A DNA stretch of 63,023 nt, counting the filler. It is 3 parts of 3 records of this genome, joined end to end, with 100 filler letters (N's around TTAATTAATTAA, not from the genome) between each part and the next. Parts side by side here need not be neighbours in the genome. Positions count along the whole stretch, not along the records: positions 1 to 20,726 come from SRR20825019_244; positions 20,827 to 52,248 come from SRR20825019_245; 1 more part is not named here. The stretch is one strand, 5' to 3'. How positions within the stretch are numbered: the first letter of the stretch is position 1; every line of letters starts with the position of its first letter. Shown here piece by piece: positions 20,025 to 29,966 of the stretch. The notes under the pieces were generated by a model that searched no databases, had not been told where the DNA came from, and saw only the letters and a list, made by a program, of their open reading frames with translations. The position numbers and the translations under genes are program-made.

Positions 20025-20645
20025 ATGACTGATAAAGAGTATTTGAAAAATTTAAGAACGCCAACAAAAGAAAACCCATTAAGGATTTTGTCGAGTGCAT
20101 GTCTTCTTGGGGAAATGTGTGGCGTAGACGGAACTAGTAATGGAAAATATCCTAGTGCTCTGAAATTGATGCACTATCAAAATGTAAAACTGATTCCTTT
20201 TTGTCCCGAGGATTATGTTCTTGGAACACCAAGGGAAACACCCGATTGCGAAGGAGGAAATGGAGATGACGTTCTTGATGGCAAAGCAAGGGTAGTTACT
20301 CAAACAGGAAAGGATATAACATCCGAAATGATTCGAGCTTCGCTAAAAATGCTTCAGATTGCGAAAGAAAATGACGTTGAATTGGCAGTAATGATGGACT
20401 CTAGCGGAGCATGTGGAAGTCAAGTGATTTATAACGGTTCTAGATTTTCAGAGCATCCCATCTACCAAATAGGAATGGGAGTTTGTGCCGCTCAATTAAA
20501 TAGAAATGGAATTAAAATAGTAAGTCAAAGAGATTATGCCTCTTTGGAAATTCTATATGCTAAAATAGACCCGTCGCATAAAATAAATGACGAAGCAAAA
20601 GACCATGACCAAATTGACTGGTATAAAGATTATTTTAATAAATGA
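20025..20645 (+). CDS. DUF523 / 2-thiouracil desulfurase (TudS)-like Fe-S protein
   Basis: SACLLGEMC, PFCPE..LGTPRE, SGACG and GMGVCAA motifs. Confidence 0.85.
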   Translation: MTDKEYLKNLRTPTKENPLRILSSACLLGEMCGVDGTSNGKYPSALKLMHYQNVKLIPFCPEDYVLGTPRETPDCEGGNGDDVLDGKARVVTQTGKDITSEMIRASLKMLQIAKENDVELAVMMDSSGACGSQVIYNGSRFSEHPIYQIGMGVCAAQLNRNGIKIVSQRDYASLEILYAKIDPSHKINDEAKDHDQIDWYKDYFNK

Positions 20646-20726
20646 CTGGTGGAAATAAGAGTAAGTCTGAAATGGGCATCTTCAAGAAAGTTATCGGCGG
20701 TAGGAAGCTATGATTCTCACTTGGTT

Positions 20727-20826
20727 NNNNNNNNNNNNNNNNNNNNNNNNNNNNNNNNNNNNNNNNNNNNTTAATTAATTAANNNNNNNNNNNNNNNNNN
20801 NNNNNNNNNNNNNNNNNNNNNNNNNN
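20727..20826. other. Artificial contig-joining spacer
   Basis: N44-TTAATTAATTAA-N44; base composition and taxonomy change abruptly across it. Confidence 0.98.
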
Positions 20827-20880
20827 ATTCTACAGAGCTCACTCCGACTGTCAACGCGGTTTTCAATATTTTCTCAAAAA
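20827..20880 (-). promoter_or_regulatory. Strong sigma70 promoter, probably the rRNA operon promoter, at the contig edge
   Basis: TTGACA (20854-20849), 16-bp spacer, TAGAAT (20832-20827) and an AT-rich UP-like tract, directly downstream of tyrS and pointing off the contig. Confidence 0.75.
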
Positions 20881-20893
20881 CCTTACTTTTCGA

Positions 20894-22096
20894 TCAATCC
20901 GTGATCACTACGCGAGCAATTTTCTTCTTACCCGCCTGCACAACGCAGTCGTCGCCCAGATTAAAGAAGCGATCACCCTCGTGCTTTTCACCATCAATAA
21001 AGACAGCGCCACGCCCAAGTACGTCTCTGGCAGCGGCCCCATTCTTCACCAACCCTGCGAGGCGAAGCACTGTAGCAACGGGCAACTGCTCCTGCCCGGA
21101 GAGGGAAACCTCGATAGTCGGCACGTTCTCGGGTATTTCACCCAGGCCCACCCGGTTACCCGCGGACTTGTGCGCTGTCGCCGCCGCTTCAGCGTTATGG
21201 AAGCGAGTGATAATTTCTTCTGCCAGCAGCTTTTTGTAGTCCTGCGGATTTGCACCTCCGGACACTGCAGCACGAAACTCATCCACTTCCGCCAACGGCC
21301 GGAAGCTCAGCAATTCAAAATAACGCCACAGGAGGTCATCCGGCATGGACAACAGCTTGGTGTACATTTCACCGGGCGAATCATTAACGCCGACATAGTT
21401 GCCCAACGACTTTGACATCTTCTGGACACCATCCAGCCCTTCCAGCAACGGCATGGTCAATACAGCCTGCGGCTTCTGACCATAGTGCTTCTGGAGAATC
21501 CGCCCCATCAAGAGGTTAAACTTCTGATCTGTCCCGCCCAGCTCCACATCAGCTTCAAGAGCGACCGAGTCATACCCCTGAACCAGTGGATACAGGAACT
21601 CATGAATGGCGATGGGCTGCTCGGCACGGTAGCGCTTGGTGAAATCATCGCGCTCGAGCATACGGGCAACCGTATACTGCCCCGCCAGACGAATCATGTC
21701 AGCCGCAGAAAGCTTGCTCATCCAGTCGGAGTTAAACACCACACGTGTTTTTTCCTTATCCAGGATCTTGAACACCTGCTCTTTATAGGTAATGGCGTTG
21801 GCGGCAACCTGCGCTTCCGTCAGAGGCGGGCGAGTTGCACTCTTGCCGGTGGGATCACCGATCATTCCGGTGAAATCCCCTATAAGGAAGATCACTTCAT
21901 GCCCCAGGTCCTGGAACTGTCGCAGCTTGTTGATCAGAACCGTATGGCCCAAGTGAAGATCTGGGGCCGTAGGATCGAATCCGGCCTTTATCCTGAGAGG
22001 GCGCCCCTCCCGGAGCTTCTCAATCAACCCTTCCTCGGGGATCAACTCATCCATGCCGCGTTTGATAACGGCCAGCGCCTCTTCAATAGATGCCAT
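20894..22096 (-). CDS. tyrS: Tyrosine--tRNA ligase
   Basis: [26 protein letters not shown] and a C-terminal S4 domain; start at MASIEEAL. Confidence 0.98.
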   Translation of the reverse strand: MASIEEALAVIKRGMDELIPEEGLIEKLREGRPLRIKAGFDPTAPDLHLGHTVLINKLRQFQDLGHEVIFLIGDFTGMIGDPTGKSATRPPLTEAQVAANAITYKEQVFKILDKEKTRVVFNSDWMSKLSAADMIRLAGQYTVARMLERDDFTKRYRAEQPIAIHEFLYPLVQGYDSVALEADVELGGTDQKFNLLMGRILQKHYGQKPQAVLTMPLLEGLDGVQKMSKSLGNYVGVNDSPGEMYTKLLSMPDDLLWRYFELLSFRPLAEVDEFRAAVSGGANPQDYKKLLAEEIITRFHNAEAAATAHKSAGNRVGLGEIPENVPTIEVSLSGQEQLPVATVLRLAGLVKNGAAARDVLGRGAVFIDGEKHEGDRFFNLGDDCVVQAGKKKIARVVITD

Positions 22097-22393
22097 GTAC
22101 CACACACCCTCAATTCTGATCATTTGGGCCGGACGACAGTTACAGAGATCTACAAAAGAAATCTGTGCGTTACCAGCACCCCTGTTAAAGTGTACCTGCT
22201 CAGTTTTTGAACAAAGTCGCGTATTTAAGGCCGGGTATTATAACAATCCCGGCCTCAGAAATCCGGCCAGTATGCCAGTAACGGTAATGTTTGATGCTGT
22301 CCTGAGCGCATTTTATACGGTAATCTGTTGGACTATACTTGAACAACAGCTTTAATTAGGTAGTACAACCTACCGGAATACCGATTAAAACGG

Positions 22394-23824
22394 ATGCGAC
22401 ACGTGCTGAAAATGTTTCCGAAAACCCATATCACCATTGCCGCTGCGACCAGTGTTGTCGTTGCAGCCGCTATTCTGATGAGCCCCAGCGCCGATGTAGA
22501 AGCCAATAGAATGGCTTACTCGCTGGATCTCGACGAAGGCACCGTCAAGTCGTCAGGCAAGCCGACTCCCCGCATGAACGAACAGCCCGCTGCCGACAAG
22601 ATGCCAGAAGAAGACGCAACAGTAGCACCTGAACTGGCATCCATCAGCGACGAGCCTCAGCTACCCGAAGCACTGGACACCGCTGCGGCCATGGCTGAGG
22701 TCAGCGAGCCAGAGCTGCAATGGCAGGAATACAAGATCAAGTCCGGCGACACACTTTCATCCCTGTTCGGCAAGGCCGGCTTCAACGACGGCATCATGCT
22801 GTCTGTGATCCACGGCTCTGGCGAAGCCGATAAGCTTCAGCGGCTCTATGCTGGCGAAACCATCGCGTTTGCAACCAATGACGCCGGCGAACTCGCTGCC
22901 ATAGACCTCCAGCGCAACCTGCTGGAAACCCTTCACGTTGAAAAAACCGAAGAAGGTTTTACCGGCGAAACCGTGGTCCGCGAGCCTGACGTTAAACCGG
23001 CATTTGCGTCAGGCGTTATTGACGGCTCCCTCTATGTGGCGGCGCGCGAAGCCGGCATGAGCGACAGACTGGCCATGGAAATGGCGGGCATCTTCGGGTG
23101 GAACATCGACTTCGTATACGACGTTCGCAAGGGTGACCGGTTCGAAGTGGTGTATGAGGAACTGTATCTGGACGGCGAGAAATTCGACACTGGCAACATT
23201 CTGTCTGCTCGCTTTATCAATCGGGGCAAAGAGGTTATTGCCCTGCAGTACACTGACAGCAACGGTGATACTGACTATTACAGCCCGGACGGCAGCAGCA
23301 TGCGCAAGGCGTTCCTGCGCACACCCATCAACGCCCGCGTCTCTTCTTCCTTCAACCTTCAGCGTCGTCACCCGGTACTGGACGTCGTTCGCCCGCATGA
23401 GGGCACTGACTACGCCGCGCCTCCAGGCACTCCCATTAAGGCGGCTGGACATGGCAGGGTACAGTTTGCCGGATGGAAAGGCGGCTATGGCCGCACGGTC
23501 ATTCTCAAGCACGGCGACAACATTACCACTCTCTATGCCCACATGAGCCGTCTCGGCAAAGGCATCAAGACCGGCACCAAGGTCAAGCAGGGCGACACCG
23601 TTGGCCATGTTGGCTCTTCCGGCATGGTGACCGGGCCCCACCTGCATTATGAATTCCGGGTCAACGGCTCTCCGAGAAACTCGCGAACGGTCAAGCTCCC
23701 TGATGCGAAACCGGTACCCAAGTCAGAAATGGCTCGCTTCAAGGGATTTGCGGAACAGCAAGTTGCCAAGTTCGAACTGTTCCGCCAAAACTACCAGCAT
23801 CTGGCCCTGGCCGCTGACGAGTGA
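22394..23824 (+). CDS. Peptidoglycan DD-endopeptidase, M23 family (OapA/LysM-like plus Csd3-like domains; MepM-like)
   Basis: HEGTDYAA (HxxxD), YAHMS, TGPHLHYE (HxH); N-terminal membrane anchor; IKSGDTLS motif. Confidence 0.9.
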   Translation: MRHVLKMFPKTHITIAAATSVVVAAAILMSPSADVEANRMAYSLDLDEGTVKSSGKPTPRMNEQPAADKMPEEDATVAPELASISDEPQLPEALDTAAAMAEVSEPELQWQEYKIKSGDTLSSLFGKAGFNDGIMLSVIHGSGEADKLQRLYAGETIAFATNDAGELAAIDLQRNLLETLHVEKTEEGFTGETVVREPDVKPAFASGVIDGSLYVAAREAGMSDRLAMEMAGIFGWNIDFVYDVRKGDRFEVVYEELYLDGEKFDTGNILSARFINRGKEVIALQYTDSNGDTDYYSPDGSSMRKAFLRTPINARVSSSFNLQRRHPVLDVVRPHEGTDYAAPPGTPIKAAGHGRVQFAGWKGGYGRTVILKHGDNITTLYAHMSRLGKGIKTGTKVKQGDTVGHVGSSGMVTGPHLHYEFRVNGSPRNSRTVKLPDAKPVPKSEMARFKGFAEQQVAKFELFRQNYQHLALAADE

Positions 23825-23829
23825 ACTGA

Positions 23830-24927
23830 ATGAAAGCCTGGATTGGATTGATGTCAGGCACCAGCATGGACGGCATTGACGCCATACTGGTGTCGTTCAA
23901 CGGTCAAACAATCCAGGTGCATGCCACCCACACCACCGCCTACCCGGACGACATACGCAGACGGCTGGTCAATCTCGGCCAGAACCGGGGAACGCCGGAT
24001 GATGTCGGCGAGCTTGATCACGCCGTCGGCTCACTGTTCGCCCTCGCGGCGGAAACTGTGATCGGGAAGTCCGGTTTCCCGGCCTCATCCATCAACGCCA
24101 TCGGCAGTCACGGCCAGACCCTACGTCACCACCCTGATAGTTCAGCACCTTTTTCCCTGCAGATTGGCGATCCCACTGTTATCACTGAACGAACCGGCAT
24201 CACGACCGTGGCAGACTTCAGGCGGCGCGACCTGGCAGCAGGCGGTCAAGGAGCGCCACTGGTGCCGGCATTCCACAAAGCCTTCTTTAGCGCTGAAGGC
24301 GAGAGCCGGTGCATCCTTAATCTTGGCGGCATCGCCAATATCACCCACCTTCCAGCGGGCGCCAATGAGCCGATCACCGGTTTTGATACAGGCCCTGCGA
24401 ACGCGCTGATGGATGCCTGGTGCATGGATCAGACTGGCCGGGCGTTTGACGAGGATGGCGCATGGGCCGAGGAAGGGGAGATCAATCAGGCACTGCTAAG
24501 CGACCTGCTTTCGGATGCCTACTTTTCGCGACAGCCACCCAAGAGTACGGGTACCGAAAAGTTCAATATTGAGTGGATCAGGACTCAATTACGTCGTCAC
24601 CCGGACCTTTCCGGCGCCGACGTACAACGCACCCTGCTCGAATTAACTGCAGTATCCGTCGCGCAGCAGTTGCCGCAATCGCCGGGAATGACAATATTTG
24701 CGTGTGGGGGCGGTGCTAAAAACAGGATTCTGATGCGGGCTCTGCAGCGAACCTGTAGCCCGGCCCGCCTCGCGTCAACAGATGACCTGGGCCTGGACCC
24801 GCAATGGGTAGAACCGGCGGCCTTTGCCTGGCTCGCAAGCCAGACACTCGCCGGCAAGCCCGGCAATGTTCCGGAAGTTACAGGCGCAGAGGGGAAAAGA
24901 ATACTTGGGGCGGTGTACTACGCCTGA
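23830..24927 (+). CDS. anmK: Anhydro-N-acetylmuramic acid kinase
   Basis: GLMSGTSMDGID, GSHGQT, DFRRRDLAAGGQGAPLVP, GFDTGPAN. Confidence 0.96.
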   Translation: MKAWIGLMSGTSMDGIDAILVSFNGQTIQVHATHTTAYPDDIRRRLVNLGQNRGTPDDVGELDHAVGSLFALAAETVIGKSGFPASSINAIGSHGQTLRHHPDSSAPFSLQIGDPTVITERTGITTVADFRRRDLAAGGQGAPLVPAFHKAFFSAEGESRCILNLGGIANITHLPAGANEPITGFDTGPANALMDAWCMDQTGRAFDEDGAWAEEGEINQALLSDLLSDAYFSRQPPKSTGTEKFNIEWIRTQLRRHPDLSGADVQRTLLELTAVSVAQQLPQSPGMTIFACGGGAKNRILMRALQRTCSPARLASTDDLGLDPQWVEPAAFAWLASQTLAGKPGNVPEVTGAEGKRILGAVYYA

Positions 24928-24936
24928 ACACGCACG

Positions 24937-25290
24937 TCAGATCGAGAAGGAGCTACCACAGCCACAGGTGGAGCTGGCATTGGGGTTCTGAACGACAAAT
25001 TGCGACCCCTGCAACCCTTCCTGATAATCCACGGTTGCCCCGACCAGATACTGGTAACTCATAGGATCCACAAGCAACATCACGCCATCCCTTTCGATGA
25101 CCGTGTCTTCCTCATCCTGCGCTTCATCGAATGAGAAACCATACTGGAAACCGGAACAGCCGCCACCGGTCACAAACACGCGAAGCTTGAGGTCGGAGTT
25201 GCCCTCCTCATCCACCAGCTCCCGTACTTTGGATACCGCGCTGTCACTGAAAAACAGCGGTGTGATTGCCTGTTGCTGAACTACACTCAA
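24937..25290 (-). CDS. erpA: Fe-S cluster insertion protein ErpA
   Basis: GGGCSGFQY and [11 protein letters not shown] start behind a GGAGG RBS. Confidence 0.95.
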   Translation of the reverse strand: MSVVQQQAITPLFFSDSAVSKVRELVDEEGNSDLKLRVFVTGGGCSGFQYGFSFDEAQDEEDTVIERDGVMLLVDPMSYQYLVGATVDYQEGLQGSQFVVQNPNASSTCGCGSSFSI

Positions 25291-25330
25291 GTCCGCCTCC
25301 GGTTACAGAAAAATCTGACCTGATTATCAT

Positions 25331-25355
25331 ATTCCTGACTAAAACAATCAACTAT
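25331..25355 (-). promoter_or_regulatory. IscR type-1 operator upstream of erpA
   Basis: Minus strand ATAGTTGATTGTTTTAGTCAGGAAT closely fits the type-1 consensus ATASYYGACTRwwwYAGTCRRSTAT; erpA is a known IscR target. Confidence 0.75.
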
Positions 25356-25828
25356 TCCTTGCCAGGTACCTCTACCGACTCTTCCTCCGCCTGCTTCTCT
25401 TCAGGAATGACTCTGCCGGCAGCATCAGATTGCTTGTCCCTGCTCAACAAACCCGCGGGCTCGTTCTGGTGAACCAGGCTCCCGTTAACGGACGCGCCCA
25501 TAGCCATCTCGATCAGATTGTAATAGACATTGCCATGGATGGAGGCTTTTTCGGCCAGTTCAAGGTGCGTTGACGCGTACACATCGCCGTGAACCGTGCC
25601 GTTTACGATCACATGAGGGGCGACAATGTCACCCTCCACGGAACCCACCTCAGACACCCTTAACACCGCGTCGCCGCCTTCTTCGGCAACGACCCGGCCG
25701 CGGATAGTGCCATCCACATGCAGTCCGCCGGAGAAATGCACATCCCCCTTAACCGTCGTGCGGGACGAAACCAGGGTATCGAAGTGCCCAGCGGGGCGCC
25801 TAGGTTTCTGTTTCTTTTTGCCAAGCAT
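25352..25828 (-). CDS. Bactofilin (polymer-forming cytoskeletal protein, CcmA family)
   Basis: Beta-helix repeats: TTVKGDVHFSGGLHVDGTIRGRV, VEGDIVAPHVIVNGTVHGDV. Confidence 0.9.
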   Translation of the reverse strand: MLGKKKQKPRRPAGHFDTLVSSRTTVKGDVHFSGGLHVDGTIRGRVVAEEGGDAVLRVSEVGSVEGDIVAPHVIVNGTVHGDVYASTHLELAEKASIHGNVYYNLIEMAMGASVNGSLVHQNEPAGLLSRDKQSDAAGRVIPEEKQAEEESVEVPGKE

Positions 25829-25829
25829 T

Positions 25830-26570
25830 TTAGTTCTCCGTCAATTCATCCCAATCAAAAGTTCGTTCGGCCTGGGACGATTTACTGCCTTCTGCACGGG
25901 CGACCACCTGCAGCTCAACCGGCTCGAAACCGTCCGGCACTCGTAAAAGCCCCTCTATATCCTGAAAATACCGGAAGCGGAACTTGACGCCCAGATCGTC
26001 GATATCGTCCGACAGGTCCCTCAGCGCGATCACTTCTTTCTCTTCATTTCGCATACCAATGACGTTCACCGCGACCACGCCCGAGATATAACTCTTGTTG
26101 TCACCGATCTGGGTGAGCACCAGCTTAAAACCATAGGTGTCGTCCTGGCGCCCCTGCTGCATCGTGAACCGATCCACCTGCAGCCCTTTGCTGGTTTCCG
26201 AAGGTGCCATGATGTTTTTATAGAAAGTCAGATCCGCTTTCAGTGACGCGATCCGGGTTTCCAGATCAACAATGCTCCTTCTCGCCTGATTCAGGGCTTG
26301 TGCATCTATGGTTCGCCCCCGCTCCAGGTTGACCAGTTGCTGGCTGGCCTCGCGGTTTTGCTCTCGAAGGTCTTCAACCTGCTCTTCCAGCAGGTCGCGG
26401 GACTCTTCGGCAGTTGAAAAACGGAATCCACCCTGCGCCATACCGGTCACATACCCCAGCACCGCAGCGAGGATGGAAAACGTCAGCAATATCAAGCTTC
26501 GGCGCAGCCGGTAACCCGGGCGATGCCGGATGACAACGTATTCTTCAGCGGGTTTTCTGTGTTCGCTCAC
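25830..26570 (-). CDS. Membrane-anchored coiled-coil protein (DUF6776-like)
   Basis: N-terminal TM, long coiled coil, DLTFYKNIMAP and FRFRYFQ motifs; co-transcribed with argC and the bactofilin. Confidence 0.7.
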   Translation of the reverse strand: MSEHRKPAEEYVVIRHRPGYRLRRSLILLTFSILAAVLGYVTGMAQGGFRFSTAEESRDLLEEQVEDLREQNREASQQLVNLERGRTIDAQALNQARRSIVDLETRIASLKADLTFYKNIMAPSETSKGLQVDRFTMQQGRQDDTYGFKLVLTQIGDNKSYISGVVAVNVIGMRNEEKEVIALRDLSDDIDDLGVKFRFRYFQDIEGLLRVPDGFEPVELQVVARAEGSKSSQAERTFDWDELTEN

Positions 26571-26579
26571 CGGTCAGAC

Positions 26580-27617
26580 CTATGGTAGCAGCGCGGGCGC
26601 TTCCAGCCCGAGGGTTTCCTTGAGGTCAAACATGATGTTCATGTTCTGGACCGCCTGCCCTGCCGCACCTTTTACCAGGTTATCAATGACCGATGAAACG
26701 ATCACAATATTGCTCTGCTCCTGCCGGTGAAGAGCCATACGGCAGTTGTTGGCACCACGGACACTGCGGGTTTCCGGATGACTGCCAAATGGCATCACGT
26801 CCACAAAAGGCTCATCCCGGAAGCGGTCTTCGAACAGCGACTGGAGGCGGTCAAAATCAGCAGGGTTCCGAAGCTCTGCGTATAGCGTTGCCTCGATCCC
26901 CCGGACCATCGGAATCAGGTGTGGCACGAAGGTAACACCGACATCACCACCCGCCGCCTGGGACAGGCCCTGACGAATTTCCGGGAGATGGCGATGGCCG
27001 GATGCGCCATAGGCCTTGAAGCTCTCGCCCACCTCACCGTGCAGCATACCGATCTTGCCCTGACGTCCGGCACCGCTGGCGCCCGACTTGGCGTCCGCGA
27101 TCAGTCGTGACGGATCGACCAGCCCGCTCTCCAGCAATGGCAGAAAGCCCAACTGGACAGCTGTGGGATAACAGCCCGGGTTAGCCACCAGTTGTGCTGT
27201 ACGGATCTTGTTCCGCACCACTTCCGGCAGGCCATAAACCGCTTTCTCCGCCCATTCGGGACTTTCATGAGGCATGCCGTACCACTCGGCCCAGACATCC
27301 AGATCCCGGAGGCGGAAGTCCGCTGATAGATCCACAACACGGGTTCCGGCAGCCATCAGTTCCGGCATCATCCGCATGGCCACACCGTGGGGCGTGGCGA
27401 AAAAGACCAGATCACAGGCTGCCAGCGTTTTTACGTCCGGCTCGGAAAAGGCAAGGTCGTAGTGGCCGCGAAGGTTCGGATACATATCTGCGACCGGCAT
27501 GCCGGCCTCGGAACGCGAGGTGATGCAACTCACCGTCACGTCCGGATGAACCGCAAGAATCCTCAGAAGCTCAACACCGGTATAACCGGTTCCACCTACA
27601 ATGCCTACTTTTATCAC
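26580..27617 (-). CDS. argC: N-acetyl-gamma-glutamyl-phosphate reductase
   Basis: [29 protein letters not shown]. Confidence 0.97.
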   Translation of the reverse strand: MIKVGIVGGTGYTGVELLRILAVHPDVTVSCITSRSEAGMPVADMYPNLRGHYDLAFSEPDVKTLAACDLVFFATPHGVAMRMMPELMAAGTRVVDLSADFRLRDLDVWAEWYGMPHESPEWAEKAVYGLPEVVRNKIRTAQLVANPGCYPTAVQLGFLPLLESGLVDPSRLIADAKSGASGAGRQGKIGMLHGEVGESFKAYGASGHRHLPEIRQGLSQAAGGDVGVTFVPHLIPMVRGIEATLYAELRNPADFDRLQSLFEDRFRDEPFVDVMPFGSHPETRSVRGANNCRMALHRQEQSNIVIVSSVIDNLVKGAAGQAVQNMNIMFDLKETLGLEAPALLP

Positions 27618-27750
27618 CTGTTTCTCCAGCTGAAATCGGGTTCATAACACACCTATAGTCTAACATGATAAACCAATGACTTATTGCAGCCCGAGCGGCG
27701 CTGGTTACAATATCGTCAAGAAACCACTCGTCCCTGGAAAACCGGCGTTC

Positions 27751-29529
27751 ATGCGTAAACTGAGAAACAAGATCACTGGAAACTTGATCCCGGTTTTCCG
27801 GCGCCGGCTGTCCGGTGTCGACGCATTGCCACAACTGGCGGTTCTCGGATTGCTATCCGGCCTGTTTACCGGTGGCGTGATTCTGGTTTTTCGCCTGGCC
27901 ATCGAATGGCCACTCGAGTACTTCCTGCCTGGCGACGGCTCCGAGTCGTTTGAAGAGCTGGACATTCTTACCCGCGCCATCCTGCCGTTGGCCGGCGCCA
28001 TTGCGCTGGGCCTGCTGATGCACAACCTGGCAACCCACGACCGCAAGGTTGGCATCGTGCACGTCATGGAACGCCTGAACTACCATCAGGGCTATATTTC
28101 CGTTCGCAGCGCCCTCGTCCAGTTCGCCACCGGTGTCAGCACCGTTGTTACCGGCCAATCCGCCGGCCGGGAAGGCCCCGCCGTACATCTTGGGGCGGCC
28201 ATCTCCAGCTTGATGGGGCAATGGATGCGGCTACCCAACAACAGCATCCGGACATTGGTTGCCTGCGGCTGCGCGGCCGCTATTTCCGCGTCGTTCAACA
28301 CCCCGATTTCCGGCGTTATTTTTGCCATGGAAGTGGTGATGATGGAATACACCATCGCCGGTTTCACCCCCATCATCCTGGCATCCGTGACCGCGGCGGT
28401 GGTCACTCAGGCCGCGTACGGCTCGGAGCCAGCGTTCAGTGTGCCGCCGCTGACCATGAACTCCCTGCTGGAAATCCCATGGATCATCGCCATCGCAATC
28501 ATTATCGGGGTCGCGGCGGCGGCCTTTATACAACTGATCGACACCACCGGACGCCACCACCATCGTCCGGTATTACTGCGACTCACCATCGCCGGACTTC
28601 TCATGGTGCCCTTTGCCATCGTTGTACCGGAAGTGATGGGGATCGGGTACGACACGGTGCAGTTCACGATCGACAACCAACTGCCCTTCTGGCTATTGCT
28701 GGGCGCCGGCATCGCCAAGTTGTTGATCACTTCGGTCACCCTCGGCCTTGGCATGCCCAGCGGCGTGATTGGCCCCACCCTGTTCATGGGAGCCACACTG
28801 GGAGGAGCCATGGGATTGATTGGCGCCCAGATACTGCCGGATATGGCATCGTCCGTGGGCTTTTACGCCATGCTGGGCATGGGCGCCATGATGGGGGCCG
28901 TGCTGCAGGCGCCACTGGCAGCGCTCATGGCGCTGATGGAACTTACCAGGAATCCCCACATTATTCTGCCAGGCATGCTGATCATTACGACCTCGAGCCT
29001 GGTAACCAGCGAAGCCTTTGGCAAGAAATCTTTGTTCCTGACCATACTCAAGAGCCAGGGCCTGAGTTACCAGAACTCGCCGGTTATCCAGGCTTTACGG
29101 CGCGTGTCCGTTGGCGCCATCATGGACAGGAACATCCTGCGCACCGAACGCTTCCTGTCGCGTGAAGAAGCCAGAAAAATCCTCAAATCCGAACCAAAAT
29201 GGCTGGTGGTGGAAGGCAGTAGCGGCCCCACTGGCCTGCTGCCGGCGGTGGATCTTGCTCGCTACATGGAAGACACCAAAGCGCCGGCAACGGACAGCGA
29301 AGAAGACACAACACCTGAGCAGATTGACCTGATGGACATTCCCGCCAATCGCCGGGACATCGCACCGGTGCAGTACCAGGCGACCCTGGAAGAAGCACTG
29401 AACGAATTTGACCAGACCAGCGTAGAAGCCCTCTACGTGCAGCGTCATGTTGCCCCAATGATCCAGCGCGTCTATGGCGTTGTGCTGAAATCGGATATCG
29501 AGAGCTACTACCAATACCGACGGAGTTGA
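27751..29529 (+). CDS. ClC family chloride channel/antiporter with a degenerate CBS-like C-terminus
   Basis: GREGP, FNTPISGVIFAMEV, multiple TM helices; start (MRKLRN) uncertain. Confidence 0.85.
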   Translation: MRKLRNKITGNLIPVFRRRLSGVDALPQLAVLGLLSGLFTGGVILVFRLAIEWPLEYFLPGDGSESFEELDILTRAILPLAGAIALGLLMHNLATHDRKVGIVHVMERLNYHQGYISVRSALVQFATGVSTVVTGQSAGREGPAVHLGAAISSLMGQWMRLPNNSIRTLVACGCAAAISASFNTPISGVIFAMEVVMMEYTIAGFTPIILASVTAAVVTQAAYGSEPAFSVPPLTMNSLLEIPWIIAIAIIIGVAAAAFIQLIDTTGRHHHRPVLLRLTIAGLLMVPFAIVVPEVMGIGYDTVQFTIDNQLPFWLLLGAGIAKLLITSVTLGLGMPSGVIGPTLFMGATLGGAMGLIGAQILPDMASSVGFYAMLGMGAMMGAVLQAPLAALMALMELTRNPHIILPGMLIITTSSLVTSEAFGKKSLFLTILKSQGLSYQNSPVIQALRRVSVGAIMDRNILRTERFLSREEARKILKSEPKWLVVEGSSGPTGLLPAVDLARYMEDTKAPATDSEEDTTPEQIDLMDIPANRRDIAPVQYQATLEEALNEFDQTSVEALYVQRHVAPMIQRVYGVVLKSDIESYYQYRRS

Positions 29530-29532
29530 TGA

Positions 29533-29955
29533 ATGTTGTGGGTCAAAGCCCTGCATATTGTGTCCATGGTGTGCTGGTTCGCCGGCCTTTTCTACCTGCC
29601 AAGACTGTTCGTCTATCACGCCGCCTGTGAGGACGAACCTGGCCGCCAGCGCTTCAAGATCATGGAGCGCAAGCTCTATCGGGGAATCACCGCACCGTCT
29701 ATGGTAGCAACGGTTGTTTTTGGTCTCTGGCTCATCGGTTACAATGTCGAAGGTTATATGAGCCAGGGCTGGATTCACGCCAAACTGTTGTTGGTGGTCC
29801 TGCTGATCGGCTACCACTTCTACTGCGGACATCTGGTGAAGGTGTTCCGCGATGACCAGAACACCCGTAGCCACGTGTTCTACCGCTGGTTTAACGAGAT
29901 GCCCGTTCTGGCACTGGTCGCCATCGTCATTCTCGCTGTCGTCAAACCCTTCTGA
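29533..29955 (+). CDS. hemJ: Protoporphyrinogen oxidase HemJ
   Basis: WVKALHI, WFAGLFYLPRLFVYHA, RWFNEMP, VVKPF. Confidence 0.95.
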   Translation: MLWVKALHIVSMVCWFAGLFYLPRLFVYHAACEDEPGRQRFKIMERKLYRGITAPSMVATVVFGLWLIGYNVEGYMSQGWIHAKLLLVVLLIGYHFYCGHLVKVFRDDQNTRSHVFYRWFNEMPVLALVAIVILAVVKPF

Positions 29956-29966
29956 GGAGCCCGACT

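Noticed and set aside
19880-20726. DUF523 gene as a repeat-flanked gene cassette
   Set aside because: The flanks show only vague resemblance to cassette ends, with no clear repeat pair, and the contig ends 80 bp later.
20771-20782. TTAATTAATTAA palindrome, repeated at 52293-52304
   Set aside because: Synthetic all-frame-stop linker inside N padding; not biological.
28221-29165. Long alternative-frame or antisense ORFs (also 47520-48518, 49273-50328, 41671-42420, 29095-29874, 60608-61480)
   Set aside because: Typical shadows of GC-rich genes; no recognisable motifs and they overlap well-supported CDSs.
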